Shown piece by piece: positions 50,833 through 59,856 of a stretch of DNA of 64,000 bases. Positions within the stretch are counted from its first letter, which is position 1. The number at the start of each line of letters is the position of its first letter. Both the position numbers and the translations under genes were made by a program. This DNA is from a virus (Duplodnaviria > Caudoviricetes): the IMG/VR virus record IMGVR_UViG_3300033121_000954, positions 63,037 to 127,036 of that record; one strand, given 5' to 3'. A model generated the notes under the pieces. That model ran no database searches and had not been told where the DNA came from. It saw only the letters and a list, made by a program, of their open reading frames with translations.

Positions 50833-51126
50833 TTACAACCATTCCATTTCCAATTCGCGGTCATCATAATCAAACCCCATGTAGGCATTGAGTAGTTCTT
50901 TGCGCGAAATTACATTCGGATTCCAATCCGTCCATGCCAGAACGGTGGCTACTACATCCTCGTTTGACAAGTCACATGGCTGGCCTTGTAGCCAAACCAT
51001 TGATTGACCGCCGCCAAGTTCTGGACGTGTATTTTCTGGAAATGAACGCCCGCAAAATGAGGACGACATCCATTGCTCGTTTGCCAGATATTCGTGGCAT
51101 TCGTTGACAAATTCTGAAATTTTCAT
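50833..51126 (-). CDS. Hypothetical early protein
   Basis: Follows the promoter at 51151. Confidence 0.55.
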   Translation of the reverse strand: MKISEFVNECHEYLANEQWMSSSFCGRSFPENTRPELGGGQSMVWLQGQPCDLSNEDVVATVLAWTDWNPNVISRKELLNAYMGFDYDDRELEMEWL

Positions 51127-51150
51127 AATCTATTTGTTTTAATTATAGCA

Positions 51151-51191
51151 CAAAGATACGGTGTCAAGAAATACCATCCAAATCATTAACA
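51151..51191 (-). promoter_or_regulatory. Early promoter module
   Basis: TGTTAA..TTTGGA-N18-TATCTTTG. Confidence 0.75.
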
Positions 51192-51509
51192 ATTTATTTG
51201 GATAAATACTCATAACTAAGTGTTGCAACGCCAACATGTGTTCTTGGATATTTGAGTAGCGTTTCAACCGGATTCCACATATTTGTCTTTATGTTTCTTT
51301 TTAGTGTTTTTTCAATTCCGTCATGTATCAATGTAGTTGTAACAGAATGTTCAATGGCATTATATCTATATACAATATTCCCGACAATATCAACATAACT
51401 ACTGACTTTAACGAATACTACTTCGATGTCTGATATTGATGTGATGTTCCAGCCCATTCTGTTGGCAAGACGGACTAACCTGTTTAGTCGGCGTGGGATA
51501 GTCATTTTT

Positions 51510-51776
51510 CTATAACTCATCTGTCAATTTCTGTGCTTCGGTAGCGGGTAAAATTTTACCCTGTGAAGGTGGGTTAGGTAATTTCATCCAATGGGTTGGG
51601 TATGGTGTTACTTCCACGACATCACCTTCTGAATTGTAATCCCAAAAATCGTAATCAGAAAAGTTGCCACAATGAAACCAGTCGCAGTTTCCGAATGGTA
51701 GCACCCGATAGTGTGGGTAAGTTAATACCGTATCGCCCGGAGTGGGCCTTTTTTCGGTGATGTCAATCCATTTCAT
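51510..51776 (-). CDS. DUF551-like protein
   Basis: 'MKWI...KRP...VL' and 'THWM.LP.PP'. Confidence 0.7.
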   Translation of the reverse strand: MKWIDITEKRPTPGDTVLTYPHYRVLPFGNCDWFHCGNFSDYDFWDYNSEGDVVEVTPYPTHWMKLPNPPSQGKILPATEAQKLTDEL

Positions 51777-51819
51777 ATTTAAAAAGTATGGTTAACCTAT
51801 ACACCAAAAGGTAATTTTT

Positions 51820-52581
51820 TTAAACCATTTCGTAATTGCAATACTCTGCCGCCAATTCAAATAATTGCGAATTGATCCGCACATCTTCGTCGGCGCGACG
51901 AATGGATTTACTTGTGCGTTTCTGCCCCGACAATTTATATCCACCGTTCAGCAATTTTTCTTGAACTCGATTCAACACTGTCCATGCTGAGTTACCTTCG
52001 TCTTCTGGACGGGCGACTTCCAGCAAGATTGCCGCATCTTCTTTCGTGAAGGACTTGCTCCACCGAATTTGAGCCGCTTTCATAGCAAATTCAATGATTT
52101 CGTCATCCGACATAATCCGCTCTGCGAGTGTACGTTGGGCTTCGGCAAATTTCGGGAGATTGCTGGCAAACTGTTTAACAATTTCAAACGCCGCCTCTTC
52201 GGGTGTTCCCATGTGTCTGATTTTAATTTCTCCAAAATCTTTGGACTTTACAACAAGTCCATTGGTGCAAACAAGGCGATACACGCCCATTTCAACGCGG
52301 AGTGGACAAGACCCATCATGTGAGTTCATAATAAGTAGTTCGGGGTATAAGATTTCCCCGTTTATCTCGTAGGATTTGGTTACACGCAATCGGACGATGT
52401 GTTTCCCGCGTCCAGATTTTTTGGACTTGGAATTGATTATTTGTCTCAGTTCAAATACCGCTGCACCTTTACTTGTCAGTCCCAATAAATAGTTACAAAG
52501 TTTCTCCGTGTCCATGACCACATATTTGGAGGACATTTGTTTGTAGGTTTGGTTTTTTGCAGATACGGTAGCAAGATTCAT
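51820..52581 (-). CDS. DUF932/DUF945 family protein
   Basis: 'NSHDG...G.YRLVCTNGL...IRH', 'W...N.VQE'; start reassigned. Confidence 0.8.
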   Translation of the reverse strand: MNLATVSAKNQTYKQMSSKYVVMDTEKLCNYLLGLTSKGAAVFELRQIINSKSKKSGRGKHIVRLRVTKSYEINGEILYPELLIMNSHDGSCPLRVEMGVYRLVCTNGLVVKSKDFGEIKIRHMGTPEEAAFEIVKQFASNLPKFAEAQRTLAERIMSDDEIIEFAMKAAQIRWSKSFTKEDAAILLEVARPEDEGNSAWTVLNRVQEKLLNGGYKLSGQKRTSKSIRRADEDVRINSQLFELAAEYCNYEMV

Positions 52582-52664
52582 AATCCTTGTTATTGTTTTA
52601 GTTAAATAATAGTACAAAGGTATGGTCAGTGAAAATGCCCTCCAACTATTTTTGTACTGTTAAC
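52582..52664 (-). promoter_or_regulatory. Early promoter module, near-identical to 54065..54144
   Basis: Shared + strand block TTGTTTTAGTTAAATAATAGTACAAAGGTATGGTCAGTGAAAATGCCCTCCAA. Confidence 0.85.
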
Positions 52665-53029
52665 TTTCCATTAACGATCTACGCTGTTCGTAGATTTCAA
52701 GCACTTCCGAGATCAACTTAGCCGTTTTAGTCCATTCCTCTCCTTGTAATTTTTCAAGAGTGGGAATTTGCAAACCCAGCAATTCAAAATAATCCTCACT
52801 TGCACTGCAATCAATCTCACAAACAAATTTTACATCTGTTTTGGGGACAATTGCATTAATTTGCTCTGCATATTCATAAATTTGCAATTGTGAAGGAACA
52901 AGACAATGCAAATTCAGTCCGCATTCTTCCTCTACGATGCAAAACGCCCAGTAATGAAATCCCTCAAATGGTACGAGTCCATTTGCGCTCGATATGAGGG
53001 GATTTAAAAATTTGCCGATGTATGGGTAT

Positions 53030-53267
53030 TTAGTCATTGTATTTTTTGTTATACCATTTAATGTATGAATCAATCAGTTCAGATACCTTTACAAGTGTCC
53101 ACAGTGCTGCGACCATCATTACGGCTCCAATGAATATTAAAATCATCGGTCCAAAGTGACCAGCCCATTTTAGCCAATTAGGAACATCCAAATCCCGTGT
53201 AAAGAATGTTAATAGTCCGAATAAAAATGCCAATGCGATATTGGCGGGACGCAAGATATGTTTCATA
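53030..53267 (-). CDS. Small membrane protein, paralog of 53271..53495
   Basis: Shared 'P..LKW.GHFG...WYNK'; likely start MKHILRP. Confidence 0.6.
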
Positions 53268-53270
53268 TTT

Positions 53271-53495
53271 TTAAAAATTTTTGTTATACCATTCTCTATA
53301 CCAATCAGCAAGTTTGGCAGATAGTGCAAGAATGGTTACACATCCGACTAAAAGCATAATGAATAAAATCGTGACACCGAAATGTCCGAACCATTTCAGT
53401 CCGGTTGGTTGGTGCCAATCCCATGTGGCATGCGAGAACACGGCCAAGAATAATAGTACTGAAACAGTACGCGGGTGAAAGACAAATTTAAGCAT
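53271..53495 (-). CDS. Small membrane protein, paralog of 53030..53267
   Basis: Shared 'P..LKW.GHFG...WYNK'. Confidence 0.6.
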   Translation of the reverse strand: MLKFVFHPRTVSVLLFLAVFSHATWDWHQPTGLKWFGHFGVTILFIMLLVGCVTILALSAKLADWYREWYNKNF

Positions 53496-53773
53496 GGTGT
53501 TATTTTAACGAAATTACTAACTGGTTCTTTGCTTAGACATGGTTGGCTCCGTTTGGGCCGTCTTTTTTCAGCCACAAATACACGGTCATCCAGTAGATGC
53601 CATCCTCCAACTCTTTGAAATTGAAAAAATCCACTGTCGCACTATCCAATACGTCGACGAGGATACCGCATTGTGGTGTTAAGTTTGATGAAATTAGTTG
53701 CGGTCGATGACCACTTAGGTCCACATCCAAATTGGAAATGTTGAACCTTTCTGTAAGGTATTGCAACAGGGGA

Positions 53774-54064
53774 TCAAAATTGAGCATTTCGCGATCTTTT
53801 AATTTTTACCAGTTTAATCAAATCTTGTTCAACTTGATCGTACCAGCCAACTGGAAACGATGTAAGATCGCCTGATTGGTTGATCTTAATTGTGTGACCA
53901 TTCCATTTAAACTCAACCATGTCTTCAACTTCATTTTCAAATGCCCACAAACGAACAGCATTCATCTCATGTTCATTCTCCAACAAATACTGATACTCGC
54001 CATCAAACCAAAATTCAGTGGCAGATTGGGTATAACAGATTTCTTCTTTTGTGATAATGGTCAT
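53774..54064 (-). CDS. Hypothetical protein, paralog of 54140..54421
   Basis: Shared 'DG.YQ....NE.EMN..RLW...FK.N.H.IKI...G.L...P.G.YDQ'. Confidence 0.65.
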   Translation of the reverse strand: MTIITKEEICYTQSATEFWFDGEYQYLLENEHEMNAVRLWAFENEVEDMVEFKWNGHTIKINQSGDLTSFPVGWYDQVEQDLIKLVKIKRSRNAQF

Positions 54065-54144
54065 AATCGTTGTTGTTTTAGTTAAATAATAGTACAAAGG
54101 TATGGTCAGTGAAAATGCCCTCCAAACATTTTTGCACTGTTAAC
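54065..54144 (-). promoter_or_regulatory. Early promoter module
   Basis: Near-identical to 52582..52664. Confidence 0.85.
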
Positions 54145-54421
54145 ATATCGTTTTGCTTCTGTTTAATCTAACAAGTTGGGCCATCTGCCGGGTATCTTGA
54201 TCGTACATGCCTTTTGGATACGCAGATAAGCCACCACGATGGTCTATTTTGATGATATGCTCATTAAATTTGAAATGAATCCGTTCATGGTGGGCATTTT
54301 GAACGACCCAAAGACGAATATTATTCATCTCAATTTCATTATCAATATCAAATTGATAAACACCATCCAAGAAATACTGGACTGTGGGGTAAACGAATTT
54401 TATATCAGATTTTGTAAACAT
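54140..54421 (-). CDS. Hypothetical protein, paralog of 53774..54064
   Basis: Shared motif as above. Confidence 0.65.
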   Translation of the reverse strand: MFTKSDIKFVYPTVQYFLDGVYQFDIDNEIEMNNIRLWVVQNAHHERIHFKFNEHIIKIDHRGGLSAYPKGMYDQDTRQMAQLVRLNRSKTIC

Positions 54422-54711
54422 AGGTTCTATTTTATTTATACGTCATTTTGCAAAAGATGTAATATTCCATTCTTTTTTTGTCATCTTCAAAATCAGTCCA
54501 TGATTGAAATCCCTCGTCCGAATTGTGACAGATCATAGCCAAATAACCCATTTGGCGGATTTCTTTAAGTTCGGCAAGAAGTTTTGGGTCATTTGGAACC
54601 GGATACCGGGTTGTCATTTTCATTCCAATAAAATTAGCACTACCACGAGTAAGATAAGAAATGTAGAACATAAAAAGAACGTTTAACGACGACCAGTCGT
54701 TTTTAATAGTA

Positions 54712-54752
54712 CAAAGATAGGGACGGGTTGGAATACAATCCAAACTGTTAAC
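54712..54752 (-). promoter_or_regulatory. Early promoter with TTGGA-N6-TCCAA palindrome
   Basis: TTTGGATTGTATTCCAA...TATCTTTG. Confidence 0.8.
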
Positions 54753-54959
54753 ATATAAATAACAAAAAGGAATGGCCCGTGAAAATTTTGTCCGCGAAAT
54801 GAGAACGGGTAATACCCCTGTCCACAGGAAGCACTTTTTCCGAGATTTCACGTTATATTCAGGGGGGTACCAACCCCTCCAGACCCCCTTTTATACCCCC
54901 CATGTTTTTTTAATAACAGCCCCATTGTGCATCCGTAAATAGGTTATGACTTCGTTGTT

Positions 54960-55038
54960 ATTTGCCCTACAATCAATTATTTTATTGTACCTGATACAAT
55001 ACTCCACTTTAGTAGAGTTAATTGATTGTAGGGCAAAT
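54960..55038. repeat. 20-bp perfect inverted repeat enclosing small hairpins
   Basis: ATTTGCCCTACAATCAATTA (54960-54979) / TAATTGATTGTAGGGCAAAT (55019-55038). Confidence 0.85.
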
Positions 55039-55045
55039 TAGAGGG

Positions 55046-55393
55046 CTACATATTAAACTTGGCGATTACTTCGTCCAAGTTTTCAATCTGCCAAGTTGGA
55101 ATACAGCTAACACTGCTGTCTGAATAACAAATACGGACGATGTCCGCTTTTTCATCATACCAGTCAGCATCATTGATAAGTATATCCAATGCTGGATTGT
55201 ATTCCATCTCTCCCCATACCAAACGTTGGGGATAAAACGCCACATGACTCATTTCCGAGTTTTGATCGAGTGTTTGGCGCATCGCTTCAGCGTCAACGAA
55301 TGTGTATAATTCTTCTCCGATGGTTACGATTCCATCCTTGTCAAAAAATGCAATTTTGTAAACTTTCGGGAGTGTTGTTGTATTTTCTTGCAT
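55046..55393 (-). CDS. Hypothetical protein
   Basis: Co-oriented ORF. Confidence 0.55.
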   Translation of the reverse strand: MQENTTTLPKVYKIAFFDKDGIVTIGEELYTFVDAEAMRQTLDQNSEMSHVAFYPQRLVWGEMEYNPALDILINDADWYDEKADIVRICYSDSSVSCIPTWQIENLDEVIAKFNM

Positions 55394-55412
55394 GGTGTTG
55401 TTTTTTAAAATG

Positions 55413-55823
55413 TTAAGCGAAAATTTTGCAAAGTTCTATCAGCGTCTGATAAACTTCATAATAGCCATTGGAGTGGCTTTGGTCGTATGCGTAGTCGTAC
55501 ACTTTGTTGCGGTATTGCGATGGGATAGTGTTCAATCCAGATTCTTCAATTATGTAATCTTCGATCAATTTTTCAACTGCCCGATTGTGGGCATTTGCTA
55601 TTACCACCATTGCAGCGTATCCCTCATTTTTGACCAAATATTCCTCTAATTTCTTGGCGTACTCCATTACTTGTTCAGTACTGTGGCTGGGTGGGAGAAT
55701 GGGCTTCATCGGGCGCATTGAATACGGGACTTCAAGTCTCTTGCAATATGTGATAGTATCAAACACATCATTGCCCGTTTTGCAAAGTTCGGTAAGGGTG
55801 GGTATGGTTGGAAAGTCTTTCAT
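55413..55823 (-). CDS. Hypothetical early protein, paralog of 55909..56337
   Basis: Shared 'PTL.EL', 'P..P.L...H....V.EYA.KLE..L', 'I..E.GL'. Confidence 0.65.
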   Translation of the reverse strand: MKDFPTIPTLTELCKTGNDVFDTITYCKRLEVPYSMRPMKPILPPSHSTEQVMEYAKKLEEYLVKNEGYAAMVVIANAHNRAVEKLIEDYIIEESGLNTIPSQYRNKVYDYAYDQSHSNGYYEVYQTLIELCKIFA

Positions 55824-55847
55824 TATCTGTTTGTTTTAATTATAGTA

Positions 55848-55897
55848 CAAAGATAGGAGGGGTTGGAATACCATCCAAACATTTTCCGCCCGTTAAC
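55848..55897 (-). promoter_or_regulatory. Early promoter with TTGGA-N6-TCCAA palindrome
   Basis: GTTAAC..TTTGGATGGTATTCCAACCCCTCCTATCTTTG. Confidence 0.85.
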
Positions 55898-55908
55898 TTT
55901 GCATTAAC

Positions 55909-56337
55909 TTAAATTGCGATTCCGTGATTGGGCGAATATAAGCGGCATCCTTCTTTCATGCTGTAATAAAACCCCATATACCCACCCAATCTCTCCGATG
56001 CGGCAGCATCAGCGACGATTGAATATTGAATATGTGGTTCAAACTTAGCCAACCCGCACTCAAGGGCGATGAACTCCTTTATGAGTGCATCTAATTTCAT
56101 GTTGTTGGCTTCTGCCTCCATACGGGCTTGGTAATATGCAGGTAAATCCGTATGAAGATGTTTTTCCAATTTGCGGGCATACTCCAACACATGTTGGACT
56201 CCGTGATTGGTTTGAAGTACTGGTGCAATTGGTGGATTGGATTTGAACCCAACCAGATAATTGATACCGTTAATGGTGTCCCCATGAAATAAGCAGGACA
56301 TCAGTTCAAGAGTGGGAAGTGTTGAGTTCAGGTTCAT
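55909..56337 (-). CDS. Hypothetical early protein, paralog of 55413..55823
   Basis: Start reassigned to MNLNSTLPT, downstream of the promoter. Confidence 0.6.
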   Translation of the reverse strand: MNLNSTLPTLELMSCLFHGDTINGINYLVGFKSNPPIAPVLQTNHGVQHVLEYARKLEKHLHTDLPAYYQARMEAEANNMKLDALIKEFIALECGLAKFEPHIQYSIVADAAASERLGGYMGFYYSMKEGCRLYSPNHGIAI

Positions 56338-56384
56338 TTTATTTGCTTTTAATATTTTCAATCGTTGTTTTAAAAATAATAGTA

Positions 56385-56434
56385 CAAAGATAGGGGGGGT
56401 TGGAATACCATCCAAACATTTTTGCACTGTTAAC
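56385..56434 (-). promoter_or_regulatory. Early promoter with TTGGA-N6-TCCAA palindrome
   Basis: TTTGGATGGTATTCCAACCCCCCCTATCTTTG. Confidence 0.85.
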
Positions 56435-56547
56435 ATATAAATAACAAAAGATTGTTTGATGCAAACAACTGCTCCAAACAAATTTGACTACTAACTAATA
56501 TAAACCCACCTACTCAAGGCGAAATCTGAAAGAATAGATTGGTTGGG

Positions 56548-57432
56548 TTAGTATTTTAAATCAAAGTTTTTAAAAATTGGCTTAATGTGTATTCCATACC
56601 TGTATGTATTTGGATATGGCTTAACAATAGCAAAACCTCCATGATTTGCTTCTTTTACAAAACAAGTCTTGAAAGTGGTTGGATCATTTGCTTTAAGTTC
56701 TTCTAATTTTATATAAGCAGAAGGACTATCATAAAAATGGACCAATTGTGAACTTTCCTCTGGCTTAAATCCATTAACAGTCAATGCAGTACACATATTC
56801 TTTCTATAATCAAACTCTTCAGTTCCATTATAAATTCTCTCGATACGAGTAATTCGCATTTTTCTGTAAATAGACATTGGGTGACGATCCATAAATTTAG
56901 CAAGATAGACAGATGCTTGATCCTGAATAAACTCCGATTTCTTTCCTAACGAAAAAAAGGTTAAATCCTTTCCGCCTTTCAGCGTAACGCTGTCGCAGTA
57001 TGGTATATTGTTGGAGGAATCAGAACTAACATCTACCTTTCTTCCATAAGACATAGCACAGCCCTGACAGGAAGCAAGAAATAAACGCTTTTTAAATTTT
57101 GAAGAATCCTTTATATCGGATTCACTAAATTGTATCCTTACATTTAATTTTGAAAACTTAATTTTTTTCTCAAATTTTGCCCTACCAATAACACTTATAT
57201 ATCCCTTTCGCATATCCGCCAATCCACTTTCAATCAAATGAGCAATGGCCCTCTTTACTGCTGTAATAGAGGAGCCAAAATATTTGACCAATTCTTTTTG
57301 TTGGGATACCCGAATCCTACCAGAACGATAGTGGGCTAAATACAAGTAAATACGATGTGCTAATACATAACGATATTCACCACCTTGTTTGGTAGAGAAA
57401 TATTCAATCATGGAGTAGGGCAAATAAATCAT
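56548..57432 (-). CDS. Basic protein with probable N-terminal winged HTH
   Basis: 'SQQKELVKYFGSSITAVKRAIAHLIESGL' HTH-like segment. Confidence 0.55.
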   Translation of the reverse strand: MIYLPYSMIEYFSTKQGGEYRYVLAHRIYLYLAHYRSGRIRVSQQKELVKYFGSSITAVKRAIAHLIESGLADMRKGYISVIGRAKFEKKIKFSKLNVRIQFSESDIKDSSKFKKRLFLASCQGCAMSYGRKVDVSSDSSNNIPYCDSVTLKGGKDLTFFSLGKKSEFIQDQASVYLAKFMDRHPMSIYRKMRITRIERIYNGTEEFDYRKNMCTALTVNGFKPEESSQLVHFYDSPSAYIKLEELKANDPTTFKTCFVKEANHGGFAIVKPYPNTYRYGIHIKPIFKNFDLKY

Positions 57433-57615
57433 ATTATACCCATAAGTATCATCACTGAATATATTTCTTTACCGAAATCTTAATGTATTAACATACTATT
57501 AACAGATATAGCCCATCCTCCTAACAATTGGAAAATGAGCGATAAAAGTCTTAGCAACCATTAAATCTGATGCTATGGATTGGTTGGGTATTGATTTTTA
57601 AAAATTCAACTCTTG

Positions 57616-58080
57616 GTTAGCCAAAATTTAATCAGAAATAACCTGGCAATTTGAAATGTTGTAGGTTTTTGTGAAATCGCCGCCGTTAGTAAGGATTAAA
57701 TCAAGTTGTGATGAGTAGTAGCCATTATTTGACCCATAACCAGGTATGCGAACAGGATGCCCATTTGTTGGCTTTAAAGCAATTCCAAAACCGTCAATCC
57801 TTTCAAAAAAATCGTCAGTCGTTAAGTCAAATTCAAACCCCTCGAAATCCGACATGGCTAAATCAGACAATGACAAATAATGGTTTTCGCAGCAATCCTG
57901 TTCATGGTTTGAATACAATTTCAGGCCGTTGCTAAATTCGATTAAATCGTTAGTGCCGTCAACAGCGACCACTTTCAAATTTTTCATATTATTGGATTTT
58001 AATTTTTGTAAAAATCGGCTAACCCTGCATCCACGCCAACGCCGCCTAAACGTTGCGCATCGGGGATGCACCAGTTATGC
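57616..58080 (+). mobile_element. Integron-like gene cassette (G|TTAGCC ... GGCTAAC-attC), ORF antisense to attC
   Basis: GTTAGCC at 57616 is the exact complement of GGCTAAC at 58017. A 64-bp GC-rich imperfect palindrome ends in GTTATGC (58074-58080). Confidence 0.6.
57628..57987 (-). CDS. Conserved phage hypothetical protein (HEQDCCE / NGYYS motifs)
   Basis: Start reassigned to MKNLKVV; the ORF fills the cassette. Confidence 0.7.
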   Translation of the reverse strand: MKNLKVVAVDGTNDLIEFSNGLKLYSNHEQDCCENHYLSLSDLAMSDFEGFEFDLTTDDFFERIDGFGIALKPTNGHPVRIPGYGSNNGYYSSQLDLILTNGGDFTKTYNISNCQVISD

Positions 58081-58328
58081 GGGAATTAAACGATAAATAT
58101 CATTTAAAAAATTCAAACCACCTCGTTAGTATTGAGGATTTGAACTCCAAACGACACCTTTCCAATCCCGATTCCAATATAACCCCCATCCCATCCAAGG
58201 GAAGTATAGCAATCAATACCTTGAACTGGATATTGTTCGTACATGAACAGACTGGTAGTCCGTCCAAAAATTGTAAACCCAATCTCGTAGTGGTTCGTTT
58301 CTGGGGTATGTGTATAAAAGAAGTTCAT

Positions 58329-58733
58329 TTATAGTTGAGTTAGAAATGTTGCTACTGCCCGCTCAATTTTGCGGATTTCTGCTTGGAAATCGTCAAATAT
58401 GAGAAGATTGGACAACCTATCAATGCCATCCAACGTGTCCGTGTGTACTTGAGCATTTTCATAGCCCAGTTGTTCAGCAATTTTCAATGCGATTCTAAGA
58501 TGTAGTTGCACAAAAACTGCAATTTGATATTGAGTAACGTTCTCAATGTTGGATAAATTTTTAAAGAATACCGAATTGTGACATCCTACTACCGAACCCG
58601 TAAATTCAAAAATATTCACATATCCATCAATCGATTCAATGACCTTGTACGGAAATTGATCCAATTTGACCGCACCTTCTGGTGCAAGAGATGCGTTGAA
58701 TTTTTCAACGTTGATCTTGACTAATTTTTTCAT
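58329..58733 (-). CDS. Hypothetical early protein
   Basis: Follows the promoter at 58758. Confidence 0.55.
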   Translation of the reverse strand: MKKLVKINVEKFNASLAPEGAVKLDQFPYKVIESIDGYVNIFEFTGSVVGCHNSVFFKNLSNIENVTQYQIAVFVQLHLRIALKIAEQLGYENAQVHTDTLDGIDRLSNLLIFDDFQAEIRKIERAVATFLTQL

Positions 58734-58757
58734 ATTTGTTGCTGCGTTTTAATAGTA

Positions 58758-58809
58758 CAAAGATAGGAGGGGTTGGAATATATGGTCCAAACAATTCCGT
58801 ACTGTTAAC
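58758..58809 (-). promoter_or_regulatory. Early promoter (TTGGA-N8-TCCAA variant)
   Basis: GTTAAC..TTTGGACCATATATTCCAACCCCTCCTATCTTTG. Confidence 0.8.
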
Positions 58810-59362
58810 TTTTAATTAACATCTATTAAAAATTATCACACCAAGCAAAAATACAAAAAATGTAATTATTGAGGAAAGAAAAGTCCATTTTATGTAATTA
58901 TTTATTTTTGTTTGGTTGGATGATACATATCCAAAACAAAAATACGCAAATAATAGGATGGATGTAATATAAATTGTTAATAAGGCGTATAACATATGCA
59001 ATTGATTGGTTGCGGGTTGGAGGGTTGGTTGGGCGTAAAACATTGATACACAGTGAAAAAGGCTGTTATTTTTTCCAACCAACCAACTTTTCCCCTCCCA
59101 AAATCAAAATTAAAAACTGTTTTTTTGATTTTTTCTTTTTGCTAATATTAACTAAATTCCTATCCTAACGGTAATAGAAATATAATTAAAAATGATTAGA
59201 AGCAATATTACTGCCCCAACCAGTAGTTTAATCTTTTGTGTTGTATTTAGTTTGTCCGTCATAATTTCTTTTAGCAAATTGAGCGAGTGGAGGTCTGAAT
59301 TACCAGCCCTCCTTCCATTTTTTATTAATTCTTCTTTTTTCATTCTTTTTTTTAAAATTATA

Positions 59363-59391
59363 GGGGTGGACAATATTACATCATCCACCCC
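59363..59391. terminator. GC-rich hairpin downstream of 59422..59856
   Basis: GGGGTGGA/TCCACCCC stem. Confidence 0.5.
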
Positions 59392-59421
59392 CCAGCCAAA
59401 TGAAAAACAAGGTGGTGGCGC

Positions 59422-59856
59422 TTACGCCAATTCTGCCTTAATTGCTTCCAGTTCCAATTCTGCTAAGAATTCCGGCGAAGCGATTCTAAGCAGTTTACTT
59501 TCCAGTTTTGCAAGTTTTTCCTTTCGGTTGACCAGTTCTACTTGGACTGCTCGTACTTTCAAATCGTTAATCCACTGGTTGAACGTTGCGCCCATCCAAG
59601 TGAACTCCGTATCAATACCAAGCAATTTTCCTGCTTCAGCATAATCCTTTTGTTTACCTACCAAAAAAGCGGCAATTTCTTGTAGTTGGTTTAGATGCCG
59701 GATTGTTTGGATTTGGAAAGACTGTCCGCCGTTGGAATAGCGGAAATCTCCATTGGTTACAAACGTACCACGTTCAGCAGATGCAATTTCTGCTTTTTGG
59801 GTTTGGACTTTTGCATAAAGAGTCCGTACTTCATTCTGTTGTGTTGTTGTTGACAT
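59422..59856 (-). CDS. Conserved phage coiled-coil protein
   Basis: Clean ORF with phage-like codon use. Confidence 0.6.
   Translation of the reverse strand: MSTTTQQNEVRTLYAKVQTQKAEIASAERGTFVTNGDFRYSNGGQSFQIQTIRHLNQLQEIAAFLVGKQKDYAEAGKLLGIDTEFTWMGATFNQWINDLKVRAVQVELVNRKEKLAKLESKLLRIASPEFLAELELEAIKAELA

Noticed and set aside
54672-54851. N-terminal extensions of track ORFs 54432..54851, 55909..56481, 51820..52617, 53774..54097 and 57628..58071
   Set aside because: The extensions run through promoter modules or the attC; downstream ATGs with typical A-rich leaders are the likelier starts.
52582-58809. Repeated modules as a CRISPR array
   Set aside because: The spacing is hundreds to thousands of bp and contains genes; the repeats match promoter consensus; no cas genes.
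58987-59071. Second attC site starting at GTATAAC
   Set aside because: No palindrome links it to the nearest GTTA; the heptamer coincides with the ATG TTA TAC start of a small membrane gene.
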